Part shown: positions 54,130 through 64,000 of the stretch, piece after piece
Position numbering within the stretch: the first letter of the stretch is position 1
Layout of the letters: each line of letters begins with the position of its first letter
Assembly (NCBI GenBank): GCA_025201805.1
Contig: MU619262.1
Location: forward strand, 65,978 to 129,977
Length of the DNA stretch: 64,000 nt
Direction: 5' to 3'
Origin: Parasitella parasitica NRRL 2501
Lineage: Eukaryota; Fungi; Mucoromycota
Position numbers and translations under genes: made by a program
The notes under the pieces: model-generated
Databases searched by the model: none
What the model was told of the DNA's origin: nothing
What the model saw: only the letters and a program-made list of their open reading frames with translations

Positions 54130-57100
54130 TTAATTGATAATAGTAGTAGCGCTGTTGTTTTTCAAGTTGAGAAAACTTGCTGGTCGCATTAAGCTTAATC
54201 TATGTTTCCATTTGGCATCTTTCTGCTGTTGATGTCGTCTTAAAACTGGAGGCGGGGTAGAGGCATATACAAATGCAGTTAATGTTGTTTGTGGCTCTTG
54301 ATGCCCCTCTTCTTCCTCCTCCTCGTTGTCCTCCTCATTGTGCTTTTCTTTATTCTCATTTATTGTGATCGTATAAGACCGATCTGAAACCTTTGAATGG
54401 TTCAACTCCTCGTGTTTTTGCCTCGTCCACTTTATTTTGCTTCTTGTATCGACTGATGCTGACTTCTTAACCTACGGCGTTCGGATGTTAAGAGAATGAG
54501 TTAGGGCTAAGAGTTAAACTCGTTTTGCAGTATAAAAGTACCTCGTTAAACTCGTGTTCAAAAGATGGTGATGGCGATTTATGATGCAAACTGGCAATTC
54601 TTCTCAACACTTTGCCAACAAAAATTTGTTTTCTACTTGGACTTCTTTCTAGTCGCTTTTGGCTGTTTGAGAAACTGTACTCACTACTATAAGATTGAGG
54701 AGACTCTGGGAAACGGCCTCTGTTTTGTGAAATTTGTCTCAGTAGTTGGCTTGATTGTGATGGTCGTCTACTACTCGCGCTGTTCTTTGTCATTGGAGAA
54801 ATACAGCGATCGATAGAACTTGCACAAGAGCTTGAATTAATGGATTGACTATCTTCTTGTCCTTGCTGAAGCTGTAATCTTGAGTTGGATTGTCTGGAAT
54901 CACTTGCTCTCTTTGGTATAATAAGTGAAAAACTTGACGCAGGCGACCGCATAAACGAACTTGATTTACGTTTCTTTAGTAAATCATTGCTATCGCCCAC
55001 GACGGGTGAATTGCCACCGCTATTTGTATCGGCTGCCACTGAAGTCAGATCAAAGGAAGATTGAAAATTTTGGTCTCTGTCTCTCATATGCCACGCTCTT
55101 GACGACAGAAACTCTTGTGTACAGACATCACGCAATTTATGATCTACAGTAACACGAAGTGCATTCTGGTGGCTATTTTTAAGCTGAAATGACATTTTCC
55201 CAATCATGTTGCTTGTATTATTAGCAGCAGACAGCAGATCAAGTGAGCTTGGTCTTCTTTTGCTGCCTAATGCGTCAGGCTTGATGTACATTTCTGAGTG
55301 ATTTCTTGATTTCAGCGCAAATCCGCCATGAGTTTGTCTGTTACCGTTGTTGTTGCTGTAGTATGCTGATGAATAATCTGCAGAGTATCTCTTTTTCAGC
55401 TTAACATCGCTGCTTTTGGTCACGATAGGTAAAAGAGGGGTTGCTTGCTGTAGATGAGTTGGCCTTGTCATTTTCATAATATCTTCAAATTGAATACTAG
55501 TCGATGCTGATCTGCGCAAGGTTTTTCTATCGGGAGAGCTCATAGTTTGATCATTTATATCAGTGGTACCTGCAAGCGTCATGTCGAGTATATTCGTAAA
55601 TGACCGGGACAGACGTATACTTTGAGGGGACCTCTTGCTTGTTATTCCAGGGAGTGAGGAGACTATGAAATCTTGTGCTGAAAGATTCTCATCAGACGCT
55701 TCAATTTTTGCAGTGACAATAGCTTCTTGGATTTTCTTCACCCACAACTGCTTTTCTTGCGAGCAGCTAGCGCTAAATGCAAATGTATGCTTTTTGCATC
55801 TAACAACGAATGAATGCTCTTGCTGCCCTGTTTAGATGCAAATCATGTAATGCAATGTTAATGTGTCTGTCAATTTTTGTGTATATACACATTGTAGCCC
55901 GTTTTACCTTCAATGTCACCTAAATCTTCAAAATCTGCCATTCGAAGCGGAAACCAATGCTTAGGTTCATAGCTGTTGACTTTTTTAGGTCTCACCAAAA
56001 TGATGTAAGTTTGAAATATAAAGCAACCAAGATATCTTGGCTTAGATACGCTTTGGCCAAGAGCAGAATAAGTGATTTCGATAGCACCAGCAATTAGCAG
56101 ACTTCCCAATTGAGATACGTGCCTTTTATTGATTCTCCAATCGTCATCCAGTCTTTCAATGAACCGTTCTGTACGCTCTTTCATTTCACGCTGAAGCTTC
56201 ATATCGTCAATATCATTCACTATTTCCTGCAACTCGCTCAAAGCGCTACTCCATAGGTCATATTCTGCAGTTTGAGGAGATGTATATCGGACGATTTCCT
56301 TGATCAACAACTGATATCGACATATTCTCTGCACAGGCTACAATTGAATGAACAAAAAAGAATCATTTAGAAATAAACCAAGATTTTTTTTAGGGATAAT
56401 TTATGTACACGGCACTAACTTTAATAAGATAATCCTCAAAATGCAGTTTCTTTTGCTGCTGCTGCTGTTCTTCTGCTGCTGCTGCTGTTGCCAATATATT
56501 TAAATTCAATGGTATGGAATAAGAATCCTTTATTGTGCAGTCTTTCAAGAAACATGCCCACTCTGGACGATCTCGATACTCGGAAGTCAGGGCCCATGCT
56601 TCTGCGTGCAGATCACAGTAATGCTTATAGAGGGAAAACTGACCAATCTGATTTTACATGTTAGTAGGAAATCTTGTCTAACAAAGAATATACATGCACA
56701 TACCTGATCAAGAAAAGCCTTTGCAATGCAAGACCAATTGAAATCACAAACTGACAACGTATCATAGGAAATAATGAATTGCTTGTGAAATGATAGAATT
56801 TCATGAGAGTTTTGTATGATTATTGATTTGTGATCTGGTGTAATCCATTGTTGACGAGATAAAACGTCAAAGAAAATCTATGAGCAGGCTTTGTGAGCGA
56901 AAAAAAAAAAAACCTCATGTCGAGCAGTATTTCCTTACTTGTACAAGATAGCTCAAATCTTGAACGTAATCGCGCTCAGTCTGTAACAACTCTTCAATGG
57001 CATGCAATTTCTTTTTTCTTAGCTTATCGATATTGTCTGTGGTTTGTATGTTGAGATCAATTGGAGTTGTGCATCTAGTTGATACTTCGTCTTCTTCCTC

Positions 57101-57367
57101 GTCGTCTTCTTCTTCATTGGATATGCAGCTACAGCATGAGCAAGCAGATTCCATAGTCGGTTTCATGCTGCTGTTGGTTGTGGATGGAAACCATGGCGGA
57201 ATTCGTTGGTTGCTCCTACTGCCGCTGCTGGTGCTTTTCTGCTGTTCTGGTTGTTGTTGTAGTTGGTATTCAGCGCAGCAGCAACAGTAGCAACAACAGC
57301 AGCAGTTTTGTTCTACATTGTCATTAGTGTATTTTTGGTGATGTCGGTTATCAAAAGTTGATTTCAT
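54130..57367 (-). CDS. Rho guanine-nucleotide exchange factor (DH-PH), multi-exon
   Basis: AIEELLQTERDYVQDL, LHFEDYLIK|PVQRICRYQLLIKEI, PH-like YEPKHWFPL and FAFSASCSQEKQLWVKKI. Confidence 0.9.
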
Positions 57368-58728
57368 ATATTATGTAGATAGCCACTCTCTTTTTTTTAT
57401 TATGTGAGCGAAAAGAGATGTATAAGAAAACCCTGTGTAAAATATCTAGATTATCATCATATTAAGGAGAATGCAGCCACTATCTGGATACTTACGTACA
57501 AATAACGATCAATGAATAATGAGTCAAAGGAGGTAGATGAAATAGAAAAGGTGGCAAATTAATGTTTACGACAACAACAACACGACATACAACACTTTAT
57601 TATTATATACTGGAAAGGAAAAAGAGAAAAAAAAAGAGAGAAAAGAGAGGGGAAACCACACGCACACATAAATATAAATAAATAAGAGATATATAGACAT
57701 CTATTCACCCCCTTTTTCTCCTCATTCTTTCTCTTTCTTTGCATCCCGTCTTTCTCCTGTCTGTGTATAAGAAATTTCTATCAATTGGATTGTTCAAAAT
57801 GTCAAGCCAGTAATAATAGATACGAAGCTAATGTATATGCAATGATATACCAAGTACATTGCCCAATCCAACTCTCCATATTGATATGTCAGATCGTTTC
57901 ATATCTTTTACTTCTCAGTTACACACTACTCCCTCAATTATTATTATTTATATCCAATTCCGTCGTACAAACAATGCTAATAAACAACAGGATGATAATG
58001 TCGTATCCAGGATTGAAAGACTTCAAATGTCTAATAATAACTTTTTACACTTGTATGTATAATACGTTCTATACGATCATTCATATTAACAACTAATATC
58101 ACTTTTGATGAGAAGTTCCTTTTCAAATGCTGTGTAGGTATCTCAATGACCTGAACATATAATAACATAGCAAGGGGTGATTATACAGATACTGCGTATA
58201 TAGCAACGCAAAATTACGTGATTTGGAAGCTCCCTCTGTTGCTTTAGTAGCAAAGTATTTGATATACACTCGTTTTATGTTTACGGGATCGTTTAAATAT
58301 ATTAATTTCTAAACTTACCATTTTATAAACATAGTCCTAATACAAACACAACCTTACATTACATGAAAGCAGTGACTTGGAGGCAATCTCAAATTTATAG
58401 TAGAATGGAATAGTAAGATTAGGAATATCACTAAAACAGATATACATATGATCATCACTTTTATTTGTAATGCATTTCCAGCTACCGTATCATGCATACA
58501 AAGGTTTCAGGCAAAAGAATCATCATTGTTTTGAAAATCTGCATGGCTTTTTTGTGGCTATTTTGATATACTACCAAATGGTATGAGAAGCATCCAGTAC
58601 ATGTCGGCGATCATTTTTGTTGGCAGTGTACTAATGATATTCCTTTTGGCTCTACAAGCCATAATTTTGTAGTATATTATACATTTCATAAAGTATCCTA
58701 AAAAAGAGCTTATGTCTTCAAATTCACT

Positions 58729-59640
58729 TTACAGTATGCATTGAGGAAGCACCATCTGATCAATTAATGATGGACAAAGATCTAAACCAATAATTTGATC
58801 AGTTAATACATGTCTTGTATTATATGCATTTCTAAAATCGTTGGAGCTTTGTATTAACTTCCTAATATCATTGAATACTATGTCTCTACGTACGTCTAGA
58901 GAATAATTCAAGATTCAATGAAACGATATGATTCTTGGCATTGAATGGCAAAACGCTGAAACTATGAAAATCAAAGTCGGTTACATCTCCTTGCTTTTTC
59001 ATGTCGATCATTTATCACAGCCCAAAAGTGAACCATAAACATAACTTGTACAATACTTCCATTCGCACTTTTTCCGAAACAACTGTATCAACTACTGGTC
59101 AAATTGACATAAAAGTTCTATTTTAAACATTCAAGAAAACAATTAACTGGTTGTTGAATAGATACTCAAAAACGACGCCTTAGCTATCTTTCAACTGACT
59201 TATGAATTGTTCATTGGCTTCCAACTGTAGTTCATTTTGGTATAGCAGCTGCAATAAAAAAGTGCTTTTCGTGTAGTGACATTCACAATCTTTCTTTTCT
59301 TGACGTTTCTTGAATCTCTTACATTCATATTCATAATTATTGTGTGAAAGGTCGCTCACGCCTGGGAACTCCACTTTTGACCGAACTTTGGTGCGACACA
59401 TATTTGTGTCGAAGGGGGAATAATTGAGAAATACAAAAATTTTGCATATAGCCCAAGCTTTTTTGCACACCTTCCTTCACGAGACCAAAATTTTATAGAT
59501 TAGCAATGGTTGATAGACAAGGGGCTCTATGTGAACAGTTTCATCTTTCGCATGTTTATTCAATGTCTCTTAACAAATCTTTTAAAACACTATCCAGGAA
59601 TACAGTCTTTCCTTGTCCAGTAAGTTGTATTTTGCTTTTT
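58729..59640 (-). pseudogene. Heavily degraded coding remnant, probably transposon-derived (possibly Fanzor/TnpB-like)
   Basis: Stop- and frameshift-riddled frames VLYKLCLWFTFGL**MIDMKKQGDVTDFDFHSFSVLPFNAKNHIVSLNLELF and RHVLTDQIIGLDLC. Family assignment is tentative. Confidence 0.3.
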
Positions 59641-60723
59641 TGTAATCATTGATACTATACCTGGAAAAAACCATTTTCTTTTCCTGTTTAGCCATATCAC
59701 TTGAGTATTGACATATTTAACAACCTTATGGAGAATAGTAGCTTTGTAGGGCAATTTGCAATTTCAACATTGTAAGCCAATCCCAAAATACCTTCGAAGG
59801 ACGCCAAAACAACTTTTGATCAAACCTGAATAAATGATGTTAATGTGAACTTAAATGTTTAAGAAAAACCAAACTTCCGCGAAAAAAAAAACTGATCTAA
59901 AGACTTCATTGTTGGCGACTGTATCAACAGTAGGACAGCTGGAGAAGATGCAATAACAAGAAATATGCTACCACAAATCCAAAGCATTTGTCGGCACAAG
60001 GATAGCGCCCGAGTCTCCTCTCGCTCAAGTTCAGTTCTCAGCAGATGCCAGCTTGTTCAGTTTTTTTCTAAGCATCAGATTATAGAGAATAAATTTTCCA
60101 TCATTAAAAGAATTAAATAAACCAGGAACTCTCCATTTGATGCTGTAAAAATAAAACTAACTGTTTGTTCATATTAGCATAAAATGTTAAAATCGTTGCT
60201 TGTCAAATATTACCAAAACCCAAATGGTGGGATGTTGTTAAAGTAAAAGTAAGTAATATTATGAGCAATGGGAAAAGAGAGGTATGAATGTATTATGATA
60301 TTATATAGATCAGAGATTGTACTCGTGTGGTAAGTAATAACTAGTAATTGACTGTCCTCAAATCACTGGTGACAAAATACCGTGTACCTCATAAGGAAGA
60401 TCCAAGGAATAAAGATATGATAAGTTTAACATGTAAGGATGTTATGTAAGGCTTTTAAAATAGCCTCAACCATCAAAAATAGATGAATAAAAAGTTAAAT
60501 TTCTTACTCTGATCTAATTGTGATAAAAAAACCAATATGTAGCTTTATGTCTATAAATGGACGACACCAGGATGTTTTCTTAACGACCAAACAGATCGGT
60601 GATAACGAATGATTGAAAATTTATTTCATTATACAGTATTTATCAGGGTTATTATAGAGTTTTTCTACACATCTGGGATAGCATATAAAACTCAAATTGT
60701 AGTTATTGTTGGTTTAAGGAGCA

Positions 60724-62756
60724 TTAGTTGAGATACTTTGACAATACATCGACAACATGATTCATCGATGGTCTCTAAAAGGACAGTCGTCGAAAAAGTA
60801 TGCAATATTAGCTGATTAGAGTAAAAAACAGCATCAATTAATGGACTATACGTACAAATATAGAGTCTGACTCCCACATTTCCATGATTAACACCAAAAG
60901 TTGTTGAGGGTAAATTTTACTCAGTTTACCTAGTGGCGGTCTTATCTTATCGTCCCTTACAGCAGCATATAAGGCGTGCTCTGTTAAATCTGTTGTTTGA
61001 TATATATAATTATTAATGTTTTACATAATGCAATCGCTTTCTATGTCAAAGTACCTTGATAGGGATATCCATCCTCTCCCCAGGTCAAAATTTCCCAAAA
61101 TATGAGTCCACAGGCATATACCTAATAATGTGAAATTCAGCACAACTAGATGAAAGTCGTGATTAAAACCAACCTACATCAACCTACAATAAAATAAGTT
61201 AGTTTCCAGTTACGCCGTACATGTGTTGGGGGTTTGATATTTACTTTTTCTGAATAACATGGATCGGTTGACCAATACTCTGGAGCTAAGAATATGATAA
61301 GTTGTTGGCTCGTTGGAACAAATTCCAGCACGTAAAAAACAAATATATATACCTTGCCTAAGTAAACAAATGTTAGAAAATGTAAAATGTATTTTGCATT
61401 TGTAGGCAGTTCTTACCAATTTGGGGTTCCACAATGCGTGTGCATCATTATATTTGCTTTTGGGCGTATTCTAGCAAGCCCAAAATCATTCACTTTGGCT
61501 CTATCATCCCCTGAAATCTACAAAACTGTTATTCAATCTGTGATTTACAAAGAAACGTAATAGCACAAACCAAAATATTCATTGATTTCAAGTCCTAACA
61601 AAGTGAGTCATTTAGCTCTCGTTAAAAATTATGTATACAAAATATACAGTTTCTTACTCTATGTATGATGGACGGTCTGATGAATGATATATACAAGTAT
61701 TACTAAACTGTTGAGTTACAATATTTCAAATATAAATTTATATACCTTCTTGTGTGCAGATATGACACTCCCAGCGCTATATCATACATATACATGATCT
61801 ACATTTTGCTTTTGTGAATATCTACTGTTTGTTATTTGAAAAAAGAAACCTATGTATTACCAGTTGAGAAAAGTTGGGTTTTTTGTAGCATCTAATAACG
61901 TCAAACAAATCTCCCTTCGCACATAATTCAGTGATAATACACAAGTGTTGAGGGTGCGTGCACACGCCAATAAAGCGAATAACATTTTCATGTCGCAATT
62001 GCCTAGTATAAGGTATGACTATATATCTCTTTTTTTGATAAAAAATATTACAGTTTTGTCCTGTACTCACTTTAAAACGTTGATCTCGTGTCTAATCTCA
62101 TCAAGATCCACTTGGTTGAAATGTGTTAATCGCAATTCTCCTACCGCAACAGTTTTCTGATAAATCACATTTAATAAGCTCATAAGGCGCACACAATTAC
62201 AATTAAACACTCACTCCTTTATATATGCCTAACGATGCCGAAAAATTTTAGTATATATGTCAAATATATTGTTTATATAAACTATTTACCAGCATAACAA
62301 TCTTTAAACCCTCCACTTCCCAGTTTTTTCCCAATATCTAATGCATCAAATGGAATGTCAAAATCAGGGTTCTTGTCGTCCAAAAACAACATTGATAAAT
62401 CTCGAGAGTTTAATTCTAGTCGTTGCTGAGGAGGCAGGGTGGAAGACGAGTCTGGCAGTAGCTCTAATGCTGTATATAGCCTTGGTGTAGAAGGTGCAGG
62501 TACCAATCGAACGTTTTCTTTCTGTGAATGACAAATGTTTGAGAAGATGAATCTTGTCAGTGTCAAATACATGTATCCCTACCCAACTAAGCAAATCATC
62601 AATTAATTCTGTTTTTGCTCCCTCAGTTTTTAAGCCTAAAAGTACTATAGTTTAATATTCGTTTTCATGAACAATAGTCATGTTTATACCTCTTTCCTGA
62701 CAGTACTCAATAATATCTGCTAGCATTAATTTGTCCAGCGAATCTCGGTCAATCAT
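60724..62756 (-). CDS. Protein kinase with TKL-like core, WNK-type lysine placement and N-terminal SAP-like domain; about 16 exons, 5' end uncertain
   Basis: Hand-spliced: LDKLMLADIIEYCQERGLKTEGAKTELIDDLL; LGSGGFKDCYAGIYKGKTVAVGELR; HENVIRFIG; LHTRRPSIIHRDLKSMNIL; DFGLAR; CGTPNWQAPE; KVDVYACGLIFWEILT; RPSM..LN*. Confidence 0.88.
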
Positions 62757-63232
62757 CTGCAATTGAAGATACCGTTTGTCAATCATTCCACAAGGAACGT
62801 CAGTTGTAAATCATTAGTGTGCGTATTACCTCTAAAGATGGATCAACATGTCTGTTTAAAGTCTCGAATATCATTAAATTTGAAAAAGAAGCAAAATGGA
62901 GAAAAGACAGAAAGCATGTATCTTAAATGGCTTGCCATCAGCTGATAAAGGGTTCCCTGGCCGAGATACATCAAGATGGTGACACACCATGTGATTGCAT
63001 GATGATCCGTCCAGCCACAACTCACATATATTAAATGTTACCATGTAGAAGAGCCAATCTTTATTTTATCAAGCAAGCAGCAGCAACAACAGAAATAGCA
63101 ATAATTATTATATATGTAGTAGAAATAGTAGAATTCTTAGATGTAATTGTTGGATCTTGTCTTCTAAGCACTCAAAAATAGAAATGGAATTAGGCTCCTC
63201 GCTCTCCAAGATAAACTGTAGTATAAATGTAT

Positions 63233-64000
63233 TTACCTGTTATAAGCAGGCTCCTTGGCATGCAGTGTTTTCCAACTGTTACTAACAAAAAGTGTGTTGC
63301 TTTTCAAGCTGGACACAATCCAATCTCCAACAGTAAGACCACCAAATAAAGGTAAAACACCAGCACCTTGCTTTCTCCCAAAAGTAACAAACATGGCATC
63401 TGGAATCTTTTTGTATTCGGCCGTTGGTTTTTTCTTTTTGACAGCAATCTGCACAATATTCTCAACTACAACGGGCGCATGTGCACCGATACGATAAGCC
63501 AACTTGGTTTCGTTGAAATCAGCAGCATCCCCTAAAACAAACACATTGGGTAAACCAGCATGGTCTACTTGGAATGTCTTCTTGACCTTGATGTAACCAT
63601 TTGTGTTTACAATCTCGGCACCGAGGGAAGAGTTCTTTAACCAAGCTGTCTCAGGACGATTACCAAAAGCCAGCAACACAAGATCCACATTTTCAATCAT
63701 CTGTCCCTTGTTTGTTTTAACGATACCTGCTTCAGGGATGTAAAAATGTTCCTTGAGATCACTGGGTAAATTGACAGTATCGTTAAAGATGGTATCGATT
63801 TTGTTCTTTTGTGCCAAACTCAACAAGTTTTTTCGTAATTTAGCATTGGGGCTGCTCGCTTCGTCCAAAAAGTTATCCTTGCCATGTACAATTGTGATTT
63901 TCTTCTCAGCATAAACATCACGGATCTCACCGGCCAATTCGATACCAACAGGACCACCACCAACAATCACAATAGAGTTTGCAGATTTGACACTGGCACG
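63233..64000 (-). CDS. AIF/AMID(FSP1)-like FAD/NAD(P)H oxidoreductase, 5' truncated by the window edge
   Basis: SIVIVGGGPVGIELAGEI, KKITIVHG, GYIKVKKTFQV, NVFVLGDAA. Confidence 0.88.
   Translation of the reverse strand, partial: RASVKSANSIVIVGGGPVGIELAGEIRDVYAEKKITIVHGKDNFLDEASSPNAKLRKNLLSLAQKNKIDTIFNDTVNLPSDLKEHFYIPEAGIVKTNKGQMIENVDLVLLAFGNRPETAWLKNSSLGAEIVNTNGYIKVKKTFQVDHAGLPNVFVLGDAADFNETKLAYRIGAHAPVVVENIVQIAVKKKKPTAEYKKIPDAMFVTFGRKQGAGVLPLFGGLTVGDWIVSSLKSNTLFVSNSWKTLHAKEPAYNR

Overview
AT-rich, intron-dense fungal genomic DNA. Short 50-75 nt introns, a de novo GDP-fucose pathway gene, an ELMOD gene, an A-T-R NRPS-like gene and a Crypton relic point to an early-diverging fungus, most likely Mucorales (inference). 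I reconstructed about 25 spliced genes by hand: MAG1-type glycosylase, DOA4/USP8 deubiquitinase, V-ATPase c subunit, copper-fist TF, GDP-L-fucose synthase, APSES TF, a UIM+UBZ orphan, ELMOD, RWD protein, VPS33, two-finger GATA TF, NRPS-like reductase, DNAJC3/P58IPK, CAP/PRY protein, SAY1-like hydrolase, amino-acid permease, CipC, PP4 catalytic subunit, IML2/TTC39, RhoGEF, a protein kinase, a partial AIF/FSP1-type oxidoreductase and three hypotheticals. Two gene-poor stretches (about 14-19.9 kb and 57.5-60.6 kb) carry decayed mobile-element-like coding remnants. The most notable item is a 16-exon kinase (60.7-62.8 kb). It has an N-terminal SAP-like domain and a WNK-style displaced lysine (GSGGFKDCY ... 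VAVGELR) on a TKL-like core, and is assembled with 5- and 6-nt microexons. I recognised no rRNA, tRNA or CRISPR features. All family calls come from motif recognition by eye; no database searches were run.
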